Assembly: GCA_040954595.2 (NCBI GenBank)
Contig: CM082597.2
Coordinates: 6,535,849-6,599,848, forward strand
Direction of reading: 5' to 3'
Source of the DNA: Balanoglossus misakiensis
Lineage: Eukaryota > Animalia > Hemichordata
DNA length: 64,000 nucleotides
The position numbers and the translations under genes are program-made. Under the pieces are notes generated by a model. That model ran no database searches. It saw nothing but the letters and a program-made list of their open reading frames with translations, and was not told where the DNA came from. This document shows, in pieces, positions 1 to 12,757 of the stretch (position 1 is the stretch's first letter; each line of letters begins with the position of its first letter).

Positions 1-1025
1 TCTACGGAACCGGCAGCATCGTAGGACCCGCTTACCGGGACAGTCCATGACTTCCCGAACACGATAGTTGCAGCCTTTTTTTTGCACAGAGTTGACGCCA
101 ATCCTGCTAAATCCCCCCACAAATGCTCCACCTCCAGAAATCAAATGGTTTTCCCCTTATATCTGCAACCCCAGCAAGGGAATTTCAATTTTTGTCCTTT
201 GGATTGAAGATTCAATTGACTCAAGTAATTGCAAAATACAATCACAGTCACTCCACAAAGATGTATAGTGTTAATTCTCTAGAACTCCAACTTTCAAGTA
301 TTAACTGGGGTTTCTTATAAAAATATAAACATATGAAACGTAATAGAATTATGAAAACCTGTTTATTCACCACATGAATTTTGCACTTAAATGTATTAGC
401 TATTAGTCCACACAAACTAAGCATGATTACAGTGTATTCTTGGTTATTTAAAAAAAATGAACGATTTCACCAAAAATTGTGGTCCACTAACAAATTTATG
501 TCAAGGCCACTGTTACCTGATAATAAACCCCTCATCAAGAAATCTACAGGAATTTAATTGGTTACAAAAAAATGTTGCTAGCTGTTTGGTCGTAAATTAA
601 AGTTAAGTGGTCCAATGTTCATGTGATAAGTACTGAAGTCAACAGAAAAACAGTGTCTTGGTGATTATACTAACATACAATAGGTCTCAAAACAGTCAAC
701 CAACCAACTCAGTAATGTTCATTGTCCAGATTTGTGAGTTATAAGTGTCTATCGATCGTCAACCAAATAATCAATAATTTGCACGTTTGTTGTCCAGATT
801 ATACATGAGTTATAAGTGTATATCGTCAAAACCAAAGTCAAGAAAATAAAGTGAATACAACACGTTACAAATAATGAATTCTATGGTTTCCTGTAAAATG
901 ACAAAAGTTGTTGAAACAGGAAAATTTGATCAAAGTTCATGAAAATAGAAAACCACTGATTACAGTCAACACATTACATTTAATCTCAAAAACTAAAGCT
1001 CAAAAACTAAAATGGATTAAAAAAC

Positions 1026-1758
1026 GGCTAGTTATACTTTGCGAAACAACGAAACAGCGAAACGACGAAACCATTATTAAAATAGGGGCCAGTCATCAAG
1101 ACGGTGGCGTATGATTTTTTTTAAAGTTTCCAAATTAAAACGTAAGCGAGCCAAGAAAACTACAGGTCAGATAAATTGTTTTCTCGGAAATTCAACATTA
1201 GAATTTGGCGTTGGAAACAAACGGCGGGTCGCCAGTTCCTGGTCTGCGGCCTGGTACTATGTAGTGGTAGAGTCGACGTCGTGTGCGCGCAAACGATTCA
1301 TGCCAAACTGCTACATATACACAGTGAATATACGCGCGCGCACAACGAAACCACAAAAGATCGAAACCTCAAAATGCGGCAGCAACTGACACTATTTCCT
1401 TAAATACCACAAGGCGGGGAGGCATGAATTGCAATTAAGATAATAAAGAAATTTCGACAATGATACTGTGTTGTGTGAGTTACATGTGTTTCTATATATA
1501 ACTACTACTCTTACCCCCCATCAGTGTTTGACCCTCGAAAGCTTACGGACACTACTGCTTTGTTTCAACTAATCCTTAGCCCCGTGAATCATGTGAATAT
1601 ACTCGTACATTGACCTTTTGGGGCGGGATTCTTTTTTGGCGCGCAACCACTAGTACCAGGCCGCAGACCAGGAACTTATTTGGAAACTTTTAAAATAATA
1701 ATACGCCACCGTCTTGTTTCGTTTCGCTGTTTCGTTGTTTCGCAAAGTATAACTAGCC
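1026..1758. mobile_element. Non-autonomous Mutator-like (MULE) element with long TIRs and 9-bp TSD
   Basis: TIR GGCTAGTTATACTTTGCGAAACAACGAAACAGCGAAACG at both ends. TSD TTAAAAAAC at 1017-1025 and 1759-1767. Empty site with a single TTAAAAAAC at 18677-18685. Confidence 0.88.
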
Positions 1759-1816
1759 TTAAAAAACAGTACCATACACACATTAGGATCTGAAGAGGAT
1801 GTTGAAGTTGTTTTAA

Positions 1817-1902
1817 CCCTTTCTCCACCATGGTTTGGTCTAATTCCATTGTTCTCCAATGGTAGTGTTGGACCTTTACACAGTGAAATGGGGGTGGAAG
1901 GG
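1817..1902. mobile_element. piggyBac-like ~86-bp MITE (TTAA-CCCTT...AAGGG-TTAA)
   Basis: TTAA on both sides and CCCTT/AAGGG termini. Further copies at 9753-9838, 10483-10568, 18731-18816, 25107-25191 (inverted) and probably 39481-39689 (longer). Confidence 0.7.
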
Positions 1903-3844
1903 TTAAGGAAGTACTCTGAATTGTAGTAAAGAAAATCTGAAAACATATTGTGAAATTATTTATCAACAGACATAACACTCAACTATGAATTCATCATTCA
2001 TCTAAGTGTGATAACATTGTTCCACAAAAAATAACATGGTGGAAAAGTTCAATAAATGTAGTGGACTAAAAAACCACTGGTCCTGTTATAGAGCTGAATT
2101 CTACATGTGTCTTTAAAAACATTAGAAATAAAGAAAAACGTTTAGTGGCATTGAATAAAACTGAAGATTGATGTCCAGAACTGACAGATACAATTGAATG
2201 TTCAGATGTTTCTTTGTTGATCTGTTGTGACCTAAAATTGTTGTGTTAAAGCCCCAGTAATGTTTACATTTGGCTGTTTTTTTCTGTATTTTTCTCTCAT
2301 GCATCAAATCCAGTTTCTTGTTTTACTCTGGAGAGCTTTATGAAATGTTCATTTTTTAGCTTCTCAACAAAGCCTGTATATGAGTAACAGCCACTGTTAT
2401 TGTTGACAAATGAATTGATGTCCTGACTTTAATTCATAATTCAACAATAACAATTGTGATTACTACAAAATAGCTGTGTTGAAAAACCAAAAACTGAGAA
2501 ATTATTTATGTCTCACAGAGAAGAACAAGAAACCACAGTGGATACTGAAAACAATAATATTGAGAAGATAGCCCAAAGTTAGAAGTTACTGGGGTTTTAA
2601 TTGTTTTGTGATACCTGTCCTGATTTCGGTCTGACCCCAACTGGGTGTAGTCAGATTTGTGTCGGTGAAAAGTCACTGTGATGTTTACTGACAAAAATTG
2701 TACAGTACCAAGGAGGTCATGACATGCTCAATAAACAACATGTTATCAGTGTCACCTTGAGAACAGTGGAATTGTTAGTCAGTTAATTGTTAATGTAGCA
2801 ATTGGACAACAGATATACTTTGCTTAATTATGAACCATGTAAAATGTTCACAATTTGTTACAGAAAAAAATGCAAAATTCTTGATAACTTCATAGAAAGT
2901 ACTGATATTTTTGTCAGTAAATTCTTTTTTTGCTGCCACTGTTGACTGCGACATAGTCCCTTCATGAAATACAAATTTTTTCAAAGATACTTTTAACCTT
3001 AAAAAAACACACCACAAAACTATATAAATTGTGTTATCTTGTTTATACTCAGAACCCAAAATTCAAAGTCTCTATTAATGGAGTTCAATAAAAAAAATAT
3101 CAGCTGATGTGAATACTGTATGATTTGCATGTCCCCCTTTGGAAAGATTTGTCATCTTGGGAAAAAAACTACAAGTTTGCTGCCATCTTTCGAATCTGGC
3201 TGACATGGACACAAGTGGGTAAAACATTTCCTCCTTCAAATCTGGGGGTTCTCTCATAAGAATCAAAGAGATATGTCTCTTTTTGGAGAAATCTGTCTAT
3301 TCCAACAGAAATGTCAACTATAGTTGTCAGAGTGTTGTATGCACATGGTCTCTGCAGAAGAATAGGAACCTCAGGCAACCAGTTTGCCGTCATAAGTCAT
3401 TCTACAGTTGGTTTCATGTGCGTGACTTCAGATGTAATCTGAAGTTGAGCGATACATTAGTCATCATCTCAAGTTTTTTGTGACAGCAAGTGTCTGCTTG
3501 TTTTGTTGTTGTTTGTATCAACTGCAGTTTGTTGTTGAAACCCCTACAGCATATGATGAAATGATCAGCCTGTATGTGTACAGATAGCATTATTATTGCT
3601 GAAAATTGAATTGAATTCAATTCCTTGATCAACAATAATAATGATGCACATGTCTAGGTTCTTTCAACAAACTGAACAGTGGCCATTTTACAATAGTGTG
3701 GAATAAGAACTATAGTTCATATTTACAGACAGAAATACTGAAAACAAAACAAATAGTGGGCCTTAATCTACAAACCAATGTGGCATATATGCATCCAGGT
3801 TCTGCCATCACCTTCACATGTAAGCCTTATTTTAGTGAAATACA

Positions 3845-4026
3845 CAGTCAAAAAATCTGTCTAAACCAAACTCAGTCTGATCGAGAAACCTGTCTATACC
3901 GAACACTCTTTCCAGTACCCTTCACATAAAACCACATGTTGAAAGACTCTCTGTAAACCAGACACCTCAAAGCGAACAATATTCTCTCTCCCATTGGTGT
4001 CTGGTTTATAGACAGGTTTCACTACA
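3845..4026. mobile_element. Tc1/mariner(pogo)-like MITE just 3' of the TRIM stop codon
   Basis: Termini CAGT(A)AAA.CTGTCTAAACC ... GGTTTATAGACAGGTTTCACT. Paralogous copies at ~12551-12732 and ~20809-20990, and an independent copy at 41591-41778. Confidence 0.6.
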
Positions 4027-4051
4027 GTTGATACATTGAGATGTGACACTT

Positions 4052-6013
4052 TCACTGTGCAAAGACTTTGAGGCAGTTGTTGCCCCAGTCAGCAACCACT
4101 ACTTCCATGTCATCTGTCACAGCCAAACCTTGTGGGCGATCTAACCCATCCTCAGCTTTATCAATGCGACAGATGAATTTACCTCTGTTGTCAAATTTCT
4201 GCACATTGTTGTTTCTCTTGTCACAGACATACAGATATCCTGCTTTATCAGCCACTATTCCTGTTGGCCAATAAAGCTTACCATCACCTTCACCAAATTC
4301 TCCAAATGCAAACATGAACTCACCATCTGCATTAAATGCTTGAATGCGATTGTTGTTCATGTCTGATACAAACACTACTCCACAACTGTCAACAGTCAAG
4401 AACTCAGGCGCTCTGAACTGTCCGTGTCCTGTGCCAAAACTCCCAAATGATTTGATGTACTGACAATCGTGTGTGTATTTCCAGATGCAGTGACCCTCTT
4501 TGTCTGTGAGGGAATAATCAGCCTTTCCATCCCAATCACTCACATACACACTTCCATCTACAGGACTAATAGCAAGGCGCAGGGGATTCTTGACTTCTTT
4601 CCCAAAGCATTTGATCAGAGACCCATTCTCATCACTCACAACTATTTGTTTGTTTAACCTGTCTGTCATGAAGTATTCATCATCAGCTGATATTGCAACA
4701 TCGGAGGGTGTGAAAGGCTGTGCAAACTGAGTGAATGTGAGACTTGATTTGTAATTCCCATCCCTATCAGTGATTTGTACTCTCTTGTTACTAAATTCAG
4801 CAGTGACAAAGTTTCCGTGTCTGTTAATACTGATACCATTAGGGCTATTGAACTGGCCACCTTTGTTACCTTGACATCCAATGGTCTTCACCAAGCCTTT
4901 CTTTGTCTCTACTGACAGTGAATCTTCACGAAGCAATCCCAGCATTCCTCCATCTTTGGTCTCCTCAGCTGGCTGGAATTTCACCATGTCCACTCTGGCA
5001 TCAATTTTTGTCTCCATGGTGATTATTTCCTCCATGTGATGTATTGTCTCCTGCTTGGTGGCCATGATCTGGGCTGATGTCCCATGATGCATCAGTGTCT
5101 CTATGTAGCAGCGTTGGCTTGCAATGTTGCCATGTTTCAGTTCCCACTCATCTATTAGAGCCTCTGTCTGCTTTACTCTCTGTCCATATTTTGTCTGCAG
5201 CTCTTTAATCAACTGTTTCTCCTCCCTCTGTGCCTTCTGTATGACCTTTGCTGTTTTCTGTCTCACTTTCTGTTCTTCCTCCTGGCATTCGACCATCAGT
5301 GTCTCTCTCTTCAGTTTGGCCAGTGTTGTGCTTGTCTTAGCTCCCCATTCTTTTTCTGTCACCTTACACAGCAGATCTCTCAACTGTTTGGTGTAGTCAT
5401 TTGCAGCATCTTGCAGATCTGTGTTGGTGTGTTTGTTGTGTTTGGTAACAGCACAAGCCGTGCATGCAGAAACCATACAGGTCTCACAGTAGACTTCGAC
5501 AACATTTTCAGGGTGGACACTGCAGAAGACTTTTTGTTGCTTCAGGAGAGTTGACCATTCTGTATTTTTGTATTCATCCAGTGTCATGACCTTGTGACCT
5601 TTCATAAATTTTCTGTGCGGTTTAGTGCAGGAATCACACATATTCACACTGCAGTCGATGCAATAGTGAGTTCCTTCGTTTTCCTCACAGCCATTACACA
5701 CAGAAGGCTTTGAGTCACTCTCTGTAGGACGCTTTTTCAGATAAAGATCGGTCAACGAGTTGATGAAAAAGTTGACTTTCAGTTCAGTCACACCCCCACC
5801 AGGAAGCTGACATGGCGTACTGCATGTTGGGCAGTTCAGCTTACCTTTCTTTGTCACCAGTGTTGTCAGACACGACTCACAGAATGAATGGTCACATGGC
5901 AAGACTTTGGGTTTCTTGAACAGTTCCAGACAGATCGCACAGGAGAGGAAATCCTCACCAAGCTCGTTCAGAACTTTGTCTAACTCGGAACCTCCAGGAT
6001 ATGCTGCAGCCAT
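4052..6013 (-). CDS. TRIM-NHL E3 ubiquitin ligase-like protein (RING, B-box1, B-box2, coiled-coil, 6 NHL repeats), copy 1, intronless CDS
   Basis: Uninterrupted ORF. RING CAIC..PCDHSFC..C..CPTC; B-box1 CNGC..C..C..C..C..H; B-box2 CSVH..YCETC..C..C..H; helical coiled-coil; NHL repeats (GQFxxPxGI, VxDxxNxRIQxF). The track start at 6058 is GTG; the first ATG (aagATGg) is at 6013. Confidence 0.93.
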   Translation of the reverse strand: MAAAYPGGSELDKVLNELGEDFLSCAICLELFKKPKVLPCDHSFCESCLTTLVTKKGKLNCPTCSTPCQLPGGGVTELKVNFFINSLTDLYLKKRPTESDSKPSVCNGCEENEGTHYCIDCSVNMCDSCTKPHRKFMKGHKVMTLDEYKNTEWSTLLKQQKVFCSVHPENVVEVYCETCMVSACTACAVTKHNKHTNTDLQDAANDYTKQLRDLLCKVTEKEWGAKTSTTLAKLKRETLMVECQEEEQKVRQKTAKVIQKAQREEKQLIKELQTKYGQRVKQTEALIDEWELKHGNIASQRCYIETLMHHGTSAQIMATKQETIHHMEEIITMETKIDARVDMVKFQPAEETKDGGMLGLLREDSLSVETKKGLVKTIGCQGNKGGQFNSPNGISINRHGNFVTAEFSNKRVQITDRDGNYKSSLTFTQFAQPFTPSDVAISADDEYFMTDRLNKQIVVSDENGSLIKCFGKEVKNPLRLAISPVDGSVYVSDWDGKADYSLTDKEGHCIWKYTHDCQYIKSFGSFGTGHGQFRAPEFLTVDSCGVVFVSDMNNNRIQAFNADGEFMFAFGEFGEGDGKLYWPTGIVADKAGYLYVCDKRNNNVQKFDNRGKFICRIDKAEDGLDRPQGLAVTDDMEVVVADWGNNCLKVFAQ

Positions 6014-6098
6014 CTTTGCAGCTCGAGTCAAAATGCTTGTAATCACATACCAACACACTGTTCAGTATAGTGTCATTAATTTTGACTGAGTTATGGGG

Positions 6099-6215
6099 TT
6101 TATAAAAACTTGGCAAGCCACCGAAGTCACATGATAAATTGAATTCAGTGATTCAGCAAATACCAGGGTCTACCTAGTACTGGCTGAGTACCTGAGAGTT
6201 GAGGTCAAAAGGTCA
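6099..6215 (-). promoter_or_regulatory. Candidate TRIM promoter: TATA box and nuclear-receptor DR2 element
   Basis: TATAAA on the minus strand at 6099-6104, ~86 bp before the ATG. AGGTCA-AA-AGGTCA at 6202-6215, repeated at 14913-14926 and 23158-23171. Confidence 0.4.
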
Positions 6216-6384
6216 AACTTGAACACAATGTACATGCATGTATCACTGAGAAGAGAATGAATGTAAATATTGACTGGGTACAGTTGACAAATACCGATAT
6301 ATTGAACTGAAAGTGGGACACATCATCACATTATACCAATGAACCGTCCCAGATTTCTTGGTACTCATTAGACATTGTGAGCTG

Positions 6385-6592
6385 TTGGTCTCTTCTTGTA
6401 TTTTCACAAATCTTTGCAAACATTCATTGCAAATTATTTGTCTCTTCTTGTATTTTCACAAATCTTTGCAAACATTCATTGCAAATTATTTGTCTCTTCT
6501 TGTATTTTCACAAATCTTTGCAAACATTCATTGCAAATTATTTGTCTCTTCTTGTATTTTCACAAATCTTTGCAAACATTCATTGCAAATTA
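6385..6592. repeat. 52-bp minisatellite, 4 copies, upstream of TRIM copy 1
   Basis: Unit TTTGTCTCTTCTTGTATTTTCACAAATCTTTGCAAACATTCATTGCAAATTA. Confidence 0.92.
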
Positions 6593-9079
6593 TAAACATA
6601 CACATTGTGTCTGCATGAAAGTTCCATCTCTGGCAACCAATTTCCCGATACAGAATTTGTGTGAGGAATCATATTTCATCCTGATGGATGGTATTATACC
6701 AATAGTGAAATGTGAATTTTTTTCTTGAAGACAACTTGGTGACAACTAACAGTATTACTATAGCAACACTACAAAAATATCCGATCATATTATTATATTT
6801 TTTGCTGCTTGTATATGAAATTAAGTTTCATTTCATTTGGCTTCAATTGCTAGATAAACAGTTTTTGATTAAACTGTCAGTCAGCAATTTCTATTCACTT
6901 CTTATCTCGGCTAGTACAGCTGTTTTTAAACTGGCTGGGGTGTTGAATCCACCCACAAGTTGAGGTCAAAAGTTCTGGAAGTAACACAATGGACAATTCT
7001 TTACACAAAGATAACAGTTGCAAACTTTGACAGAGAATGAAAGAGTTGGCCTATATTGCAGGTTACTGTGTGAGTCAGTGGCTGATTGTATGATACAGTC
7101 TGCAGGATAACCCCTCGATTAGGGCGTGTCTGGTACCAGTGATTTGATTGGCTGTTATCGAGTTATTGGCATGTTCGTCATCGTCTGACAAACCATTTTT
7201 TACATGAGTAGGGGCAAACTTTTCAGGTTTCAAAATCAATTATTTTTTTACATTGCGTGAACAGTTTCTATCATAAATTGATTTTTTTTGTAAACTTTAT
7301 GCGCAAACTAATTATTTTCGCAATGATTTGCGAATGCTGACAACCTCTGTACGCATATCAACCCATGCGTTTAATTTTGCCTACCCTTCACACAAATGGT
7401 TTACACTTCTGCCAAATTCATGTCAACACGAAGTGTCCGGCACAGAGTGTGAATGAAAACAGATAGGGCGAATTTCAAGGACTGTTGTCCTCTCACTGTC
7501 CCACTTTCTGAAGAAAAAAATGTATTTTTTGTTTTTCTATTTGGCGTGGTCTTGCCATGAAATGAAAGAAATGACTGTGAACCAGATTTGAATAGGTTCC
7601 TCAAATAACCACCATATGCATACATACTGAATTGTTTAAAACAATAATTTTTATCTTCAATGGTTTACATGGAACACCATCGATAATAACACCAAGAGAT
7701 TTATCTATCGAAACTAAGTAACTCTCCAATGAAGAAGAACGAATGGAGAGAAAATAAAACGCTGAGTAGAAGCTAGCCTAGACAAAAATGCCTTCTTTGT
7801 AACTTGTCGATCGATCGTATACAACAGCGGCTGTGGACCCGGTTGTGACGGGTTCTGGAGGCTCAGATAAAAAACACGGCCCAAACACGCAGAGTTACGA
7901 CTGATCTGTGATTAAAAAACATGCATTGCCATACGTTTACCTCTAAATGCAACCCGAACTAAAGTACAATTAGCTAAGAACACCGAGGAGATACTTCCGT
8001 ATTAGTCTGCCTCACATGAATGAGCAAATGATCTGCCGTAGACAGACGCTCATTATGCATGACCTGTCAGCCTTTCAACCAATAGACGCAGCTCTGTGGT
8101 ATCACATGACATTATTAATGAGTTGATCTGCACACGTGAGAATTTCCCGCCATGTCACCAGACTTGACATTTACGCCCATTTTTTTTTGCATATTGGAGC
8201 ATATCTGCCAACGCAAAACCTTAAGGGGAGTGACAAATGACATGTGGCGTTCAATAAAATAAAACTGGATTGGACAATGCGGCGCTAAATGCTCACATGA
8301 CCGAAATCCGGCGTGTGTCAATCAATGGTTTTCTATGCATGTCTTCAAACTCATGAGTGTCAAAACAAAATCTGGGTAGGTGGCAAACCGAGAGAGTTGC
8401 ATTTTGAAGCTGAAAGATCCCTGGAGTAAACCATGTCTGGGTGTAGGGGTTTGCACTCTCCTAATGGCTCATATGTTCGAATAAAATGGACTCGAAAATA
8501 ATAGCATTTTCTATCGTTTTCCTCATATTTATATTATACTACGGGCACATCTTACCATTTGACTGCACAATTGACTATTTTTGAATGAAAGGTAATATCA
8601 GAAGGGCGTATTTTTCATACAAGATTGCCGATGTGATTTTTAGACCAAAAAGTACAACATATCAAAGAGAGGCCTGTAAATCCCCCGGAAAATGCACTCT
8701 CTATTTGGTCACGCGGTGAGGACTCCTACAGAACGGTCAGCATCATAGGGCCCGCTTACCGGGACAGTCCATGACTTCCCGAACACGATAGTTGCAGCTT
8801 TTTTTTGCACAGAGTTGACGCCAATCCTGCTAAATCCCCCACAAATGCTCCACCTCCAGAAATCAAATGGTTCTCCCCTTATATCTCCAACCCCAGCAAG
8901 GGAATTTCAATTTTTGTCCTTTGGATTGAAGGTTCAATTGACTCAAGTAATTGGAAAATACAATCACAGTCACTCCACAAAGATGTATAGTGTTAATTCT
9001 CTAGAACTCCAACTTTCAAGTATTAACTGGGGTTTCTTATAAAAATATAAACATATGAAACGTAATAGAATTATGAAAA

Positions 9080-10790
9080 CCTGTTTATTCACCACATCAA
9101 TTTTGCACAACAAATGTATCAGCTGTTAGTCCACACAAACTAAACATGATTACAGTGTATTCTTGGTTATTTAAAAAAAATACTGAATGATTTCACCAAA
9201 AATTGTGGTCCACTAACAAATTTATGTCAAGGCCACTGTTACCTGATAATAAACCCCTCATCAAGAAATCTACAGGAATTTAAACTGGTTACAAAAAAAT
9301 GTTGCTAGCTGTTTGGTCGTAAATTAAAGTTAAGTGGTCGAATGTTCATGTGATAAGTACTGAAGTCAACAGAAACACAGTATAACTCAGTAATGTTTAT
9401 TGTCCAGATTTGTGAGTTATTAGTGTCCATCGATCGTCAACCAAATAATCAATAATTTGCATGTTTGTTGTCCAGATTATTTATGAGTTATAAGTGTATA
9501 TCGTCAAAACCAAAGTCAAGAAAAATAAAGTGAGTACAAAACACGTTGCAAATAATGAATTCTATGATTTCCTGTAAAATGACAAAAAGTTGTTGAAACA
9601 GGAAAATTTGATTAAAGTTCATGAAAGTAGAAAACCACTGATTACAGTCAACACATCACATGTAATCTCAAAAAACTAAAGCTCAAAAACTAAAATGGAT
9701 TAAAAACAGTACCATACACACATTAGGATCTGAAGAGGCTAAGTTGTTTTAACCCTTTCTCCACCATGGTTTGGTCTAACTCCATTGTTCTCCAATGGCA
9801 GAGTTGGACCTTTACACAGTGAAATGGGGGTGAAAGGGTTAAGGAAGTACTCTGAATTGTAGTAAAGAAAATCTGAAAACATATTTTGAAATTATTTATC
9901 AACTGACATTTATAACATTCAGCTATGAATTCATCATTCATCTAAGTGTGATAACATTGTTCAACGAAAAATAACATGGTGGAAATGTTCAATAAATGTA
10001 GTGATCTAAAAAAACACTGGTCATGTCATATAGCTGAATTATAAACTGTTCTTTAAAAAAACATCAAAATATCAAAGAAAAACTGTTTATTCACCACATG
10101 TATATAATTTTTCACTTAAAATGTATCAGCTGTTAGTCCACACAAACTAAACATGATAACAGTGTATTCTTGGTTATTTAAAAAAAAAACCTGAATGATT
10201 TCACCAAAAATTGTGATCCACTAGCAAATTTATGTCAAGGCCACTGTTGAAGAAAATTAAAGTGAGTAAAACACATTGCAAATAATGAATTCTATGGTTT
10301 CCTGTAAAATGACAAAAAGTTGTTGAAACAGGAAAATTTGATTAAAGTTCATGAAAGTAGAAAACCACTGATAACAGTCAACACATTACATGTAATCTCA
10401 AAAACTAAAGCTCAAAAACTAAAATGCATTAGAAAACAGTACCATACATACATTAGGATCTGAAGAGGCTAAGTTGTTTTAACCCTTTCTCCACCATGGT
10501 TTGGTCTAACTCCATTGTTCTCCAATGGTAGTGTTGGACCTTTACACAGTGAAATGGGGGTGGAAGGGTTAAGGAAGTATTCTGAATTGTAGTAAAGAAA
10601 ATCTGAAAACATATTTTGAAATTATTTATCAACAGACATATTTATAACACTCAGCTATGAATTCATCATTCATCTAAGTGTGATAACATTGTTCCACAAA
10701 AAATAACATGGTGGAAAAGTTCAATAAATGTAGTGGACTAAAAAACCATTGGTCCTGTTATAGAGCTGAATTCTACATGTGTCGTTAAAA
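9080..10790. repeat. Unit-2-specific internal tandem duplication, second copy with an internal deletion
   Basis: 'ctgtttattcaccacat' restarts at ~10083, and the sequence from ~9080-10040 is repeated, including the piggyBac-like MITE. Confidence 0.8.
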
Positions 10791-12757
10791 ACATTAGAAA
10801 TAAAGAAAAAAAGTTGTCTGTTTACATCAAAATATCCAAGACTTAGTGGCACTGAATAAAACTGAAGATTGATGTCCAGAACTGACAGATACGAGTGAAT
10901 GTTCGGATGTTTCTTTGTTGATCGGTTGTAACATAAAATTTTTGTGTTAAAGCCCCAGTAATGTTTACGTTTGGGTATTTTTTTCTGTATTTTTCTCTCA
11001 TGCATCGAATCCAGTTTCTTGTTCTTCTCTGGAGAGCTTTGTGAAAAGTTCATTTTTTAGCTTCTCAACAAAGCCTGTATATGAGTAACAGCCACTGTTA
11101 TTGTTGACAAATGAATTGATGTCCTGACTTTAATTCATATTTCAACAATAACAATGGTGATTACTACAAAATAGCTGTGTTGAAAAACCAAAAAACTGAG
11201 AAATTATTTATGTCTCACAGAGAAGAACAAGAAACCACAGCTGATACTGAAAACAATAATATTGAGAAGATTGCCCAAAGTTGGAAGTTACTGGGGTTTT
11301 AATTGTTTTGTGATACCTGTCCTGATTTCGGTCTGACCCCAACTGGGTGTAGTCAGATTTGTGTCGGTGAAAAGTCACTGTAGATTTTTTTACTGACAAA
11401 AATTGTACAGTAACAAGGAGGTCATGACATACTCAATAAACAACATGTTATCAGTGTCACCTTTATAGCAACAGTGGAATTGGTAGTCAGTTAACTGTTA
11501 ATGAAGCAATTGGGCAACAGATATACTTTGCTTTAATTATGAACCTGTAAATGTTCACAATATGTTACAGACAAAATGCAAAACTCTTGATAACTTCATA
11601 AAAAGTACTGATATTTTTTTCAGTAAATTGCCTTTTTGCTGCCACTGTTGACTGCGACATAGTCCCTTCATGAAATAAAAATCTTTTCAAACATACTTGT
11701 AAACCTAAAAACCCACACCACAAAACTATTTTACGTAATCTTGGTTATACTCAGAACCCAAAATTCATAGTCTCTACATGGAGTTCAATAAAAAAAATAT
11801 CAGCTGATGTGAATACTGTATGATTTGCATGTCCCCCCTTTGGAATGATTTGTCATGTCAGGAAAAACACTACAAGATTGCTGCCATCTTTCCAATCAGG
11901 CTGACATGGACACAAGTGGGTAAAACATTTCCTCCTTCAAATCTGGGGGTTCTCTCATAAGAATCAAAGAGATGTCTCTTTTGGGAGAAATCTGTCTATT
12001 CCAACAGAAATGTCAACTCTAGTTGTGAGAGTGTTGTATGAACATGGTCTCTGCAGAAGAATAGGAAGCTCAGGCAACCAGTTTGCCGTCATAAGTCATT
12101 CTACAGTTGGTTTCATGTGCGTGACTTTCAGATGCAATCTGAAGTTGAGCGATCCATTAGTCATCATCTCAAGTTTTTTTTGTGACATCAAGTGTCTGCT
12201 TGTTTTGTTGTTGTTTGTATCAACTGCAGTTTGTTGTTGAAACCCCTACAGCATATGATGAAATGATCAGCCTATATGTGTACAGATAAGCATTATTATT
12301 GCTGAAATTGGAATTTAATTCAATTCCTTTATCAACAATAATAATAATTCACATGTCTAGGTTCTTTCAACAAACTGAACAGTGGCCATTTTAGAATGGT
12401 ATTATAGTGTGGAATTAGAACTCTAGTTCATATTTACAGACAGAAATACTGAAAAAACAAATAATGGGCCTTAATCTACAAACCAATGTGGCATATATGC
12501 ATCCAGGTACTGCCATCACCTTCACATGTAAGCCTTATTTCAGTGAAATACAGTAAAATCTGTCTAAACCAAACTCAGTCTGATCGAGAAACCTGTCTAT
12601 ACCGAACACTCTTTCCAGTGCCCTTCACATAAAACCACATGTTGAAAGACTCTCTGTAAACCAGACACCTCTGCAAAGCAAATAATATTCTCACTCCCAT
12701 TGGTGTCTGGTTTATAGACAGGTTTCACTACAGTTGATACATTGAGATGTGACACTT

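Noticed and set aside
68-3929. Many short ORFs repeated in each unit
   Set aside because: No recognisable domains, and they are frameshifted or truncated between units. They recur only because of the duplication.
5124-5396. Plus-strand ORFs conserved in three copies
   Set aside because: Antisense shadows of the TRIM coding sequence.
6014-6058. N-terminal extension MCWYVITSILTRAAK in the ORF track (likewise in copies 2 and 3)
   Set aside because: It starts at GTG. The first ATG in good context is 45 nt downstream.
6385-6592. Regular direct repeats resembling a CRISPR array
   Set aside because: Units are contiguous with no unique spacers, the context is eukaryotic and there are no cas genes. 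It is a minisatellite.
8221-8882. Possible TTAA-GGGGAG ... CTCCCC-TTAT bounded element in the spacer
   Set aside because: The inverted match is only ~9 bp, the right TSD is imperfect and no empty site is available. Not enough support.
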